Below are positions 19,848-29,212 of a stretch of DNA of 64,000 bases, piece by piece. A model generated the notes under the pieces. The model was not told where the DNA came from. It ran no database searches and was given only the letters and a program-made list of their open reading frames with translations. The stretch's first letter is position 1. The number at the start of each line of letters is the position of its first letter. Made by a program: the position numbers and the translations under genes. Source of the DNA: an uncultured Chloroflexia bacterium. Its GTDB lineage: Bacteria; Chloroflexota; Chloroflexia; Thermomicrobiales; Thermomicrobiaceae. The stretch covers positions 9,908-73,907 of the forward strand of contig CAWAVM010000004.1 in the NCBI GenBank assembly GCA_963785465.1, read 5' to 3'.

Positions 19848-20573
19848 ATGGCGGACGAACGACCGACCGGCTATCTCTCGGAGAGGGCAGAAGCGGCGCT
19901 GCATCAGGTCAGCACCGCAACGCTGACGAGCCAGCTCCTCAAACGCGGCTTCCGCAACACGTTTCTAACAGGCGTCGAGGCGTTACGACCCGATCTACGT
20001 ATGGTCGGCTACGCTTTCACCTTGCGCTTCGTGCCGATGCGCGAGGACCTGGATATCGACCGAACCGTCGACAATCGAACGAGCCCGCAGCGAATCTCGA
20101 TTGAGTCCGTTGGTCCGAAAGACGTCCTGGTAATGGACGCCCGGGGCGAGGTCGGCTCGGGCACGATCGGCGACATCCTGGCCACGCGAATGAAGGTGCG
20201 TGGCGCGGTCGGCGTCGTGACCGATGGAGCGCTACGTGATCGATCCGGCATGCAGGCGACCGGCCTTCCCAGCTATGCCCGAGCGACCCACGGTGCCGCC
20301 AGCCCGACCAAGCACCATCCGGCCGACATTAACCAGCCTATCGGCTGCGCAGGAGTACTGGTCATGCCGGGAGACGTGGTTGTTGGGGACGCCGACGGTG
20401 TGGTCGTCATCCCTCGAGCGGTCGCCGAAGAGGTGGCGTTGGCCGCACTCGACCAGGAAGAGGTCGAGGCCTTCGTGTTAACCAAGATTCAGGGCGGCTC
20501 AAGCATCATCGGAGTCTATCCGCCGGGCGACGAGACCCGGGCCGAGTTCGAGGCACAGCGCCGCAAATCGTAG
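19848..20573 (+). CDS. RraA-family protein (HMG/CHA aldolase / oxaloacetate decarboxylase-like)
   Basis: GDILATRMKVRGAVGVVTDGALRD and GDVVVGDADGVVVIP are characteristic of the RraA/aldolase fold. Confidence 0.7.
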   Translation: MADERPTGYLSERAEAALHQVSTATLTSQLLKRGFRNTFLTGVEALRPDLRMVGYAFTLRFVPMREDLDIDRTVDNRTSPQRISIESVGPKDVLVMDARGEVGSGTIGDILATRMKVRGAVGVVTDGALRDRSGMQATGLPSYARATHGAASPTKHHPADINQPIGCAGVLVMPGDVVVGDADGVVVIPRAVAEEVALAALDQEEVEAFVLTKIQGGSSIIGVYPPGDETRAEFEAQRRKS

Positions 20574-20709
20574 CGACTGACCCGTACCGACGGTGCCTTG
20601 CAAGCTGCTATCGACGATCCGACGGAAGATCCGACCGCAGGATTACGCGCCTCGCGTGGTGGGCCGACGCACGCGTTCATTTGATACGCCGTCCTTCGTG
20701 ATCTCCGCG

Positions 20710-22686
20710 TCAGCGAAGAAGCTGCCCCTGGATCGCTAGATCGTAGCGCTCGGCTGCATCGGCCAGGATGTTGTCGACATCTTCGGCCAGCACGAAGCGC
20801 TCGTCGACCAGCTTTTCCGCGGCGGCGCGGACCTGCTCGAGATAAGCCCCTTTGTTCGGATAGCGCTCTGCAATTGACGTCCGGGGATCATCGAGCGACT
20901 CCCGTTCTCCCTTCGTTGGCGCGAAGAAACATGTGATCCCCTGCATCTTCATGATCTGCCCAGCTGCGCCAGTTTCAGCGGCGCGAGTATTCCAGCCGGT
21001 AAAGGTTCCAAGTGGCACGGTCAGGTCAGGCAGCCGGATGCCACCGATCTCGTTTCCGTTCTCATCTACCGCTGAGACGTAAGCGGGGTAGATCTTTCCG
21101 GGTCGGGCAGGGTAACGGCCAATGCCCTCATGTTGCCGTGGCCCAAGGTCAAGAACCCGGATCACCGGCAGGCTATCCGGGTCAGGCAGAACAATTCCTG
21201 GGAATTTGCTGAACTGCTCGACGACCTGACGATTCTTCACCACCGTCCCGTCGGCGAGTCGTGGATGGATACTGCTCGGAGGCTCGGTCCCTTCGCTCAC
21301 CCAACGATCCAGGTTGATCCAGGCCGCGCGGAGAAGCGGCTGATAGGCGATCACATTGAAGTCGTGAGAGCCCTTGTCACCTTCGTCCGGGCTCAACCGG
21401 CCGGGAGGCAGGGAGCCAGGGCCATGCTGTGTACTGGCGAACAGATAGATGCGCGTGTCAGGATCCGGCTCAAGATCGCGCTCACCGTTTGGATCGGTGT
21501 GCATCAACGAGCAATCGCCACGCCAGTACTCGGCCGCGGTGTTGGTGTAGACGATCTTCGGCACACCGCCCTTCGCTCGCTGTCGTTTGAGCAATCCATC
21601 CGACCCGGACCCATAGGGATCGTTCATCTCGCGATCGGCGAACGGGAACAGGTGGCCAAAGCTCGGAGTCGGCTGAACCGATGGCTGAGCAAAACGATGG
21701 TTGAACTCCCCTCGACGCGCCCCGGCGACGTGCGGATTCAATCCATCGAACGCCATGCGGTCCTCTTCGTCGAGATTGAGCCCCAGGTGGATGAAATGCC
21801 GGATCATGCGGCCCGTTTGCGAGACGCCGAATCCGTAGACACGCTCGATCGCACCAGCTAGTGGGTTGTCCGCATCCTGTGAATAGCGCAGGAAGGACGC
21901 GATCTCACGAAAGGCGAGTAATCCAGTGCCGACAACCGGAGCGCCTTCGGTCGTGTAGATGACGGAGTAAATACGACCTGGCTCGAAGCCGGATTCGAGA
22001 TAGACGTGTTCGTTACTCGGCACAACCCGCCCGTCCTCCTCACGCGCGAAACGCCAGGACGAACGCGGGATTTCCGTGTTTTCGCCGTACGGATGATCGC
22101 GAACGAGCAGACGAGCGTCGGGATCGTCAACGTCGGCGGCGCGATACGGGCGATGGACTCGATTCGCCAACAAGCGAGTATGTTCAGCGAAGTTAGGCTG
22201 GATCTCGACGATTACTTCACCCCGGATCGGATTGCCGTCTATAAGCGCCTCGGGCGCCTGTAAGCCCATAAGCACGTCATTGCGGTACACGTCGTGCTGC
22301 CAGCCGATCCAGGCAACGCTGATGCCGTGGCGAAATGCCCAGCCATCGCCGACAGGGATCTCAGCCGTTGGAAGATGTGGCGCCGCGCGATTGACGTAGC
22401 GCGGAATGAGCTTGCGGCCCCGGTTTGGCAGCTCGACGACCAGACGGTGATTGCCGCGAGATGGATCATGAGGAATCAGCAGACATAGATCGGACGTGAA
22501 TCGAACTCGCCCTTCGGCATCGCGCGGAGCGAGGTTCAGATCGACGATCTCGCGATTGGCTTCATGTTCCGGATCGACGCTAAACGTAATCTCGCCATCG
22601 AGCCGGTCATATGGCCCAACGTCACCGAACGCTTTACCGTCCGCATACGGTGATCGCCGTTGAATATTGATGCTAACTACCGCCAT
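20710..22686 (-). CDS. large conserved hypothetical protein, possibly an alpha/beta-hydrolase-domain protein
   Basis: An uninterrupted 658-aa ORF. The only motif I can point to is a nucleophile-elbow-like GFGVSQTG. The family assignment is a weak recollection. Confidence 0.55.
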   Translation of the reverse strand: MAVVSINIQRRSPYADGKAFGDVGPYDRLDGEITFSVDPEHEANREIVDLNLAPRDAEGRVRFTSDLCLLIPHDPSRGNHRLVVELPNRGRKLIPRYVNRAAPHLPTAEIPVGDGWAFRHGISVAWIGWQHDVYRNDVLMGLQAPEALIDGNPIRGEVIVEIQPNFAEHTRLLANRVHRPYRAADVDDPDARLLVRDHPYGENTEIPRSSWRFAREEDGRVVPSNEHVYLESGFEPGRIYSVIYTTEGAPVVGTGLLAFREIASFLRYSQDADNPLAGAIERVYGFGVSQTGRMIRHFIHLGLNLDEEDRMAFDGLNPHVAGARRGEFNHRFAQPSVQPTPSFGHLFPFADREMNDPYGSGSDGLLKRQRAKGGVPKIVYTNTAAEYWRGDCSLMHTDPNGERDLEPDPDTRIYLFASTQHGPGSLPPGRLSPDEGDKGSHDFNVIAYQPLLRAAWINLDRWVSEGTEPPSSIHPRLADGTVVKNRQVVEQFSKFPGIVLPDPDSLPVIRVLDLGPRQHEGIGRYPARPGKIYPAYVSAVDENGNEIGGIRLPDLTVPLGTFTGWNTRAAETGAAGQIMKMQGITCFFAPTKGERESLDDPRTSIAERYPNKGAYLEQVRAAAEKLVDERFVLAEDVDNILADAAERYDLAIQGQLLR

Positions 22687-22779
22687 CTCGTCCTCCCCGA
22701 ACCTGGATCCATGCCGTCAAACCGGTGCTGTCTATCATAGCCCGATCCGAGAAGGAGGCGAACACTGTGCGCGCAACTT

Positions 22780-23184
22780 CTACTCACTCCGCAGAAACGG
22801 CGTGTACGTGATTCCGACCAGCAGACCCTCCGGGCTGAGTAGTCGCGTAACGCGCTGACCCCACGGCTCGAGCTTGTCAGCCAGCAGTAGCCGGTAACCC
22901 TTCGCCTGCATCTCGGCGGTCGCCTCGGCGATGTCCTCCACATCAAACTCGATCCAGCCTTGCGGTACCGGCAGATCCTGCGGCCAGGTCGGCGTGCCGA
23001 AACAGGACTCAGCCGCGGCCGAGAGCGGCCACAACGCGAAATGCTTGACGCCATCAACTTTGTCGGTTGTTTGGTATGTCTCGTCCCCTTCTAGCGGCAG
23101 CCCGAGATCTCCCGCATAGAAATGGTTGGACGCCGACATGTCCGACACCACCGGACCGAACCCAGCCACAAATGACACCTTCAT
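22780..23184 (-). CDS. VOC/glyoxalase-family protein
   Basis: 134 aa with the N-terminal FYAGDLGL pattern of a VOC module. Confidence 0.65.
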   Translation of the reverse strand: MKVSFVAGFGPVVSDMSASNHFYAGDLGLPLEGDETYQTTDKVDGVKHFALWPLSAAAESCFGTPTWPQDLPVPQGWIEFDVEDIAEATAEMQAKGYRLLLADKLEPWGQRVTRLLSPEGLLVGITYTPFLRSE

Positions 23185-23284
23185 CGAACACTCCTTTCAC
23201 ACAACATGATGTTGTTTCAGAATAGAACGTTTGTTCGATTTGTCAAGTACGGAGTTGGTTCGTGGCGATACTGGGAAAGCCTGG

Positions 23285-24418
23285 CTAGGGATTGCGAATC
23301 ACGAATACGCCGTTGTCGGTCGTGACGTACAGAGTCCCACCGTTCAGACCGAACGCCAGTTGGTGGACCGGAATTTCTTCGATCTGCGTGACGCGCGACC
23401 ATGTGCTGCCGTCGTTCTGGCTTACATACAGGCCCCTGATCGTACCGGCAAAGATGCGCGATGGTTGTTGTGGGTCGACCGCGAGCGAGTAGATGCCAAA
23501 CTTTCGCGAGAGTTCTTCGTTCGGAATCGGCTCGACCAGCGCGTTGACCGAGACGGTAACTGACTCGAGCCCTGCGCGACTGAAAGTCCAGGTCTGGCCG
23601 CCGTCGGTGCTCACGTCTACGCCATGCGGCTCACCAACGATGATCCGGTCAGTCGACGCCTTCAGCGTGCCGCCACCCCAGAACTCGTCAAGATCGGTCC
23701 CGATCTGCGGCTGGCTCGGATCACTGACATCGATCGTACGGATACGGCTCGTTCCACCTTCGGACGTGATCAGGACGTAGAGCTGGTGGCCCGCCAGCGA
23801 CATATCGGTGACGTCGAAGCTCGGTGTCATCGGATAGTCAGTCCAGGACTGGCCTCCATCGACGCTAATCGCCAGCGAGCAGCGCTCTCCGTAGATAACC
23901 TGTGGATTCGCTGGATCAACAATCATCGGCCGCACGTTCTGACCGGTGAGCAGGGTCTCCCACGTGGTTCCGCCGTCAGTGCTTTTCCGCAGGGTGATCG
24001 CTGGACCGCCAACCGCGCAGCCGGGGTGACCACCACTGTAGAGAATGTTCGGATCCGCCGGATCAACCAGCAGTGAACGGGCCGCGCTCCAGAGGCCAAT
24101 CTTGTGCCATCCACCCCCGGCATCCGATCGATAGAGCGCGTCCGCTGTCGACGCATATCCAGCCGGGAGGGCGGGATCGGATACCTCAACTGCGATAGCT
24201 CGCTCGCCATCGATCGAGATGTATCCGCTCACCGGGGCAGAGGAAGCACTGGACTGTACACTCGGTGAAGCCGGAATCGTTGGAGTCACGGCAGCCGTAC
24301 CACTGGTACCACCAGACGTTGCTTGGCTCGTTGGCATCACCGTCGACGTCGATCCGCCGCAACCAGCGAGAAGAACCAGCAAGACGGTCAGTGAGACGGT
24401 CGAACGCGAGAGCTTCAT
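23285..24418 (-). CDS. secreted lipoprotein with BNR/Asp-box repeats (beta-propeller, Ycf48/sialidase-like)
   Basis: Signal peptide plus lipobox LLAGC. There are four S-x-D-x-G-x-(T/S)-W boxes: STDGGTTW, SVDGGQSW, STDGGQTW and SQNDGSTW. Confidence 0.75.
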   Translation of the reverse strand: MKLSRSTVSLTVLLVLLAGCGGSTSTVMPTSQATSGGTSGTAAVTPTIPASPSVQSSASSAPVSGYISIDGERAIAVEVSDPALPAGYASTADALYRSDAGGGWHKIGLWSAARSLLVDPADPNILYSGGHPGCAVGGPAITLRKSTDGGTTWETLLTGQNVRPMIVDPANPQVIYGERCSLAISVDGGQSWTDYPMTPSFDVTDMSLAGHQLYVLITSEGGTSRIRTIDVSDPSQPQIGTDLDEFWGGGTLKASTDRIIVGEPHGVDVSTDGGQTWTFSRAGLESVTVSVNALVEPIPNEELSRKFGIYSLAVDPQQPSRIFAGTIRGLYVSQNDGSTWSRVTQIEEIPVHQLAFGLNGGTLYVTTDNGVFVIRNP

Positions 24419-24483
24419 CTCCTACCGCCCTCCAATATGACGAGTATGACGAGGATCCGTCGGACACCCTCGGTGTCCTGAGC

Positions 24484-26067
24484 TTATGGGCTGGGGGTCG
24501 GAACCGGTGCATCCGAACCGAGCGTCACGACGACGTCGTAACTCCCGGCATCTTGCGAGTCACCTTCAGAGACGACGGACTCCGGTAAGTTCAGGATCTC
24601 GGCAATGCGCTGGGCCGTGGCGAGATTCCCACTGAAGTCAACGATCGTTGTCTTGTCGCGGCCGGTCGATGCCTGTGCTGGAGTAACGCTGGTGAACCCT
24701 TCGGCCACGAGGAGGTCGGAGGAGTTCGATGCCAGCCGATTGACCTGAGTGGCATTCTGCACCAACACGTTCGCCCCATAATCTGGGCTTGACGGGGTTG
24801 GCGTTGCAGCGGCGGCAGTCGTTGCGGCCGACGTCGAGTTGCCACCCATCGCCTGATCCATGATCTGTCCGATCGCGGCCCAGTCGGGAAGCAAGTAGTA
24901 ACCGGCGGCGGTCGACGATTCGGTGAGTGCCGGCAGCAAGCTATACGAGTGGATGTTCGACGAGTTGATCTGAGTGCCGAGTTTGGCCAAACTCAACGTC
25001 TGTGTAAGAGAGAGATCAGTCCGCACGGTGTCGCCCAGCTCGCCGATCAGTTCTGGCGCTTTGGTAATCAATCCGAGTTGGGTGCCCTGCTGGCGCAATG
25101 CCTGGAGTACCTGCTGCTGACGGTTGCCCCGGGCGAAGTCGTTGTCATCATGCCGCGTCCGGGCGTACTGCAACGCGGACACGCCGTCCATATGCTGCAG
25201 TCCCGTCTGGAACAGGACACGAGTGTAATTGTTCAGAGCCCCTGGATATTCGTCATCTTTGATCGGTGCAGGCACATCGAGGGTCACCCCACCGAGCGTA
25301 TCGACGATCTTCTGAAACCCGGTGAAGTCGACCTCGGCGTAGTAATTGATCTTGATCTTGAAATTGTATTCAACGGTCGCTTCCGCCAAACCCGGACCGG
25401 TGATATCAGCTTGGGAGCCGTATGGATACGCCGCATTGATCTTGTCGTCCCCGTACCCGGGAATGGTGACCAGCAGATCGCGCGGGATAGAGACCATTCC
25501 AACCGTTTTCGAGGTTGGATCTATCGAAACAAGAATCATCGTGTCGGATCGAGGAATCGTGCCGTCACCTCGATCGTCGACTCCCAACAGCAAGATATTG
25601 ACGCGATCCTTGCCGTTCCAGTTCGGTATCGTGTCGACAGGCTGCTGCTGCTGTTGTTGGCCCTTTTGCACGGTCGGGCGGATCTGGATCTCGGGGGTTC
25701 CCTGTGCATTTGCGACGATATCGTACTTCGGCGGCGGAGTGACGAAGATCTTGTTGGCCGCCTCGTGCGCCTTCCAGAGTACCGGTAAGACCAAGGCCCC
25801 GGAAGCCAAAAGCAGGATCAGTGGAATTCCGATGAACGCAAGGCGTTTACCAGTCCAGCGACGTTCGACCGGTGCCGGTTTTGGTATCGGGCGCCGTGCG
25901 GGCTGGGCACCGGTCGGGCGGTTCGCGGTTCCAGATGAACCCGATGGTGCCTCAGGTTTGGTGCTGCCCTGCCGTGCTTTGCGGACCGCGCCCGCGTCCA
26001 GACGCGATCCCCGCTGATATTGGGGATGCGAGTGAACTCGGCGTGGTTGTCGGTGCATGATCTTCAC
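24484..26067 (-). CDS. LCP-family (LytR-CpsA-Psr) glycopolymer ligase with C-terminal LytR_C domain
   Basis: A basic N-terminal tail, one TM helix, then NILLLGVDDRGDG...RSDTMILVSIDP...SIPRDL. Confidence 0.85.
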   Translation of the reverse strand: MKIMHRQPRRVHSHPQYQRGSRLDAGAVRKARQGSTKPEAPSGSSGTANRPTGAQPARRPIPKPAPVERRWTGKRLAFIGIPLILLLASGALVLPVLWKAHEAANKIFVTPPPKYDIVANAQGTPEIQIRPTVQKGQQQQQQPVDTIPNWNGKDRVNILLLGVDDRGDGTIPRSDTMILVSIDPTSKTVGMVSIPRDLLVTIPGYGDDKINAAYPYGSQADITGPGLAEATVEYNFKIKINYYAEVDFTGFQKIVDTLGGVTLDVPAPIKDDEYPGALNNYTRVLFQTGLQHMDGVSALQYARTRHDDNDFARGNRQQQVLQALRQQGTQLGLITKAPELIGELGDTVRTDLSLTQTLSLAKLGTQINSSNIHSYSLLPALTESSTAAGYYLLPDWAAIGQIMDQAMGGNSTSAATTAAAATPTPSSPDYGANVLVQNATQVNRLASNSSDLLVAEGFTSVTPAQASTGRDKTTIVDFSGNLATAQRIAEILNLPESVVSEGDSQDAGSYDVVVTLGSDAPVPTPSP

Positions 26068-26284
26068 TTCCTGGGAGCGCCGACCAGAGGCGCCTTCCTA
26101 TGGGACTACGGTTGCGCTGCGGCGGCACGACGGCGGATTATAACATGACGGATCGGTGCCACCGAGTCACGCTTGACGCGTTTCGTGGCACACCGCATAC
26201 TGCACGATCGACATGGCGCGCGTCCCCTAACACTACAACGCTCGACCGAGTCATAACGTCACGTGATTCATGGGGAGTATTCCG

Positions 26285-26875
26285 ATGATACTGGCTGACC
26301 GCGAGATTCTCCAGGCACTGGAAGACGGCAGGATCAAGATTTCACCGGAGCCGGATCTGGAAAAACACCTTGGCTCCTGCTCGATCGACTTTCGACTCGG
26401 TGACACATTCATGGTCTTCGAGCACTCCCGCTTTTCCTACATTGACCCGCGGCAGCCCCAATCTATCGGCGAAGCGATGCGTACCCTGGTCGTTCCGGAA
26501 GGGGAGCCGTTCATCATGCAGGCGGGCGACTTCGCGCTGGCCTCTACCATGGAATCACTCGAACTTCCGGATGACCTCCTCGGACGACTTGAAGGACGTA
26601 GCAGCATCGCGCGGCTAGGAATTACGGTCCACAGCACGGCGGCCGTGTTCGAACCAGGCTGGGTTGGCACCGCCACCATGGAGCTATCCAACTCCGGCCG
26701 CATGGCGGTTGCGCTTTATCCCGGAATGCGAATCTGCTCCTTCACCTTCGAACAGCTAACCTCACCAGTGCTCGTGCCGTATGGCAAGAAAAAGGGCAAC
26801 AAGTACGCCGGACAGATCCAGCCACGTGCCAGCGGCCTTTCCGAAGAGATGGGCAAGCGCGAGAAGTCCGACTGA
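26285..26875 (+). CDS. dcd: dCTP deaminase
   Basis: MILADREILQAL start and dUTPase-like fold blocks (GRSSIARLG, ELSN). About 196 aa, the housekeeping size. The track ORF starts 5 codons earlier. Confidence 0.85.
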   Translation: MILADREILQALEDGRIKISPEPDLEKHLGSCSIDFRLGDTFMVFEHSRFSYIDPRQPQSIGEAMRTLVVPEGEPFIMQAGDFALASTMESLELPDDLLGRLEGRSSIARLGITVHSTAAVFEPGWVGTATMELSNSGRMAVALYPGMRICSFTFEQLTSPVLVPYGKKKGNKYAGQIQPRASGLSEEMGKREKSD

Positions 26876-26930
26876 GCTACTACACGGTCCACGCACTCTC
26901 CGCCGACAGAGCCAGACAGCCCCGCGGGCG

Positions 26931-27046
26931 GTCATGCTGAGCAGGTTGCCGCAGTGGATGTGTCATCCCGAGGCCACAGCCGAGGGATCTCTCCATGCTT
27001 TGTCGAATCGAAATGAGGAGACTCTTCGCTGTCGCTCAGAACGACA
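26931..27046. repeat. imperfect nested palindrome, REP-like element (tentative)
   Basis: GTCATGCTGAGC (26931-26942) and TGTCATCCCGAGG (26961-26973) face GCTCAGAACGACA (27034-27046). The arms pair at about 9-10 of 13 positions. Confidence 0.3.
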
Positions 27047-27183
27047 ACTTCACATTGGTTACCTACTGAGGGCGACGAAGCGTGCCTGGGCTGAAAGTCA
27101 GCCTCGATCAGCCAGATGTAAAATTGAAGACGCGTCGGTGATGCGATATGATGCAAATGAGATGAGCGAAAGGATAGTTTCCC

Positions 27184-27348
27184 ATGACTGCTCTCTTGGT
27201 CCTTATCGGCGGGACCGTCTTCTTCATCGCGGCATTGGTCGTGGATCTCCTTGATAGGCTGATCAGCCACGGACATCGATCCAATCCACGGACCGAACCA
27301 CTTCGTGAAGCGGAGATGGAGTACCTCACTCGCCAAAATCACATGTGA
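27184..27348 (+). CDS. possible 54-aa single-TM small protein
   Basis: ATG preceded by AAAGGA. It encodes MTALLVLIGGTVFFIAALVVDLL followed by a charged tail. Too short for the ORF track, with no other support. Confidence 0.3.
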   Translation: MTALLVLIGGTVFFIAALVVDLLDRLISHGHRSNPRTEPLREAEMEYLTRQNHM

Positions 27349-27491
27349 AGTGAGAGATATTGGTTCCCGAACGATTTGGTCCGTCAAGACGCATCAACAC
27401 CGAGAACGCACAGGGCGCTCTCCCATCTGACGCTCGGCGATTCATGACATCGACAAATTCGCTGGCACATCCACATTCGCCCAAATAACAC

Positions 27492-27533
27492 GCAATATCA
27501 CGGGCCGGCGCATTTGCCGGCCCGTGATATTGC
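27492..27533 (-). terminator. rho-independent terminator of the peroxiredoxin gene (perfect 18-bp stem)
   Basis: GCAATATCACGGGCCGGC-GCATTT-GCCGGCCCGTGATATTGC lies 23 nt past the stop. On the minus strand it is followed by GTGTTATTTGG. Confidence 0.7.
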
Positions 27534-27555
27534 ATCTAATTCCAAGCGATGGTTC

Positions 27556-28218
27556 TCAGTTGATCTTCTTGAAGCGCAAGTACCACCGCTTGTAGTCGTA
27601 CTCGCTCTTTTTCGCTTCCTCTGATTGAAGTGCCTCGGCTGACGCTGGAGCCGGGACAATGACCTCGTCACCCGGCTGCCAGTTGGCAGGTGTCGACACA
27701 CTGTACTTGTCAGTCGTCTGCAGGCCGTCGATGACTCGCAGGAATTCCTGCATGAACCGGCCCGTGGTCAGCGGATAGTAGACCATGGCGCGCAGAATCC
27801 GCTTTGGGTCGATGATGAAGACCGCGCGGACCGCCGTGGTGGCTGATGCCCCCGGGTGGATCATTCCGTAGAGGCGGGCGACCTTGGTGTCCAGATCTGC
27901 GATCACCGGGAACGGAATCTTGACGCCCAGGTTCTCTTCGATGTCTCGAACCCAGGCCAGATGTGACGGCACGGAGTCAACCGATAACCCGAGGAGCTGA
28001 ACGTTTCGCTTTTCGAACTCGGGTGCGAGCTGGCTGAATGCCATGAACTCGGTCGTACAAACGGGTGTGAAGTCGGCAGGATGGCTGAACAGCAATACCC
28101 ACTTCCCGGCCTTCGAGTAGTCAGAGAGTCGCTTGACACCGTGCGTCGTTTGAGCTTCAAAGTCCGGTGCCGCCTCGTTCAGTCGAGGCAATGATGGCAC
28201 TACCATCTGTTCTTCCAT
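27556..28218 (-). CDS. 1-Cys peroxiredoxin (Prx6-type)
   Basis: LFSHPADFTPVCTTE peroxidatic-Cys motif. The ATG at 28218 has GGAGGG 9 nt upstream; the longer track start was rejected. Confidence 0.85.
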   Translation of the reverse strand: MEEQMVVPSLPRLNEAAPDFEAQTTHGVKRLSDYSKAGKWVLLFSHPADFTPVCTTEFMAFSQLAPEFEKRNVQLLGLSVDSVPSHLAWVRDIEENLGVKIPFPVIADLDTKVARLYGMIHPGASATTAVRAVFIIDPKRILRAMVYYPLTTGRFMQEFLRVIDGLQTTDKYSVSTPANWQPGDEVIVPAPASAEALQSEEAKKSEYDYKRWYLRFKKIN

Positions 28219-28455
28219 GTTTTGCGTCCCTCCAGAGACGATGTTCGATCGGAAAGTTTCGCCGGCGCGGCTGTTCATGTGGAATCGCTGACACGACAGC
28301 CAAAGCGTGTTAACACGAGCGTGGTCGATCTTAGTTCCGCTCGCACGCCCTGCCGCAACTGACTATACGCAGGAAGTGTTCAATGACCGATTACTTTTGC
28401 GGGGTGATCGTGACAGTTTCATGTCAATTGTCGTCGACTCGCGACGCGAGCGAAT

Positions 28456-29007
28456 TCAGGATGGCCCATTCTCTTGTTTGGCCGGTGTAGAGATCATGCC
28501 TGCTTCACGATCCTCGAAACGCGCGAGGATAAAGAGAAGCGAAGAGAGCCGGTTGAGATAGGCCAGCACCTCAGGATTCTCCATCTCTCCCTCATGTGAC
28601 AGGCGCACCGCCAGGCGCTCGGCGCGTCGAACAACAGTTCGTGCAACGTCGATCGCGCCGCCAGGGACAGTGTCACCTGGCAGCACGAAGTGGGGCGGAA
28701 GATCGACCTCAGCACTGAGTTGATCGGTTTCGGTTTCCACACGTTTCACGTGATCGGCGGTGATGTGGTAGCGCGTCTGTTTCATGTCCGGCGCGAACGC
28801 CAGTTCCGCCATCAGCAAATAGAGATCCCGTTGAATCTCGATGAGTATGCCGCGCGTGCGGTCCGAGTTGGACATCGCACGTGCTAGGCCGATGAACGAG
28901 GTCGCCTCGTCGATGGTGCCCAAGGTCTCCGGACGCAAGTGGTATTTTGGGACACGATCCCCCAACAGATCGGTATAGCCTTCGTCCCCTTTGCGAGTGT
29001 AGAACAT
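28456..29007 (-). CDS. PduO-type ATP:cob(I)alamin adenosyltransferase
   Basis: MFYTRKGDEGYTDLLG N-terminus and the helical-bundle pattern typical of the PduO/MMAB family. 183 aa. Confidence 0.85.
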   Translation of the reverse strand: MFYTRKGDEGYTDLLGDRVPKYHLRPETLGTIDEATSFIGLARAMSNSDRTRGILIEIQRDLYLLMAELAFAPDMKQTRYHITADHVKRVETETDQLSAEVDLPPHFVLPGDTVPGGAIDVARTVVRRAERLAVRLSHEGEMENPEVLAYLNRLSSLLFILARFEDREAGMISTPAKQENGPS

Positions 29008-29212
29008 TGGTCACCTCCGGAATCGTCGTTTACCACATTCAGCATTGTTCAGCAGGATTTGCGTCTCCTCGCTGACATCTTACGCGCGCAGAAGCTTTCG
29101 ACTGCCGGAATTCAACACAGCGGCCTAGTGTCCTCAGTCACATGCGAAGCCACGTGCACCTCTTGGAGGCACACATCTCGGGTGGCTACCGGTCCAGGCG
29201 ACATTCTCCCGG

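Noticed and set aside
26285-26875. dCTP deaminase as an anti-phage nucleotide-depletion defence gene.
   Set aside because: It is about 196 aa with a canonical Dcd N-terminus and no extra kinase-like or other fused domain. The neighbours are housekeeping or envelope genes. It is consistent with the housekeeping dcd.
26932-27387. 151-aa minus-strand ORF in the dcd-peroxiredoxin gap.
   Set aside because: The composition is not protein-like and there is no RBS. It spans the palindromic element and overlaps the better-supported short plus-strand ORF.
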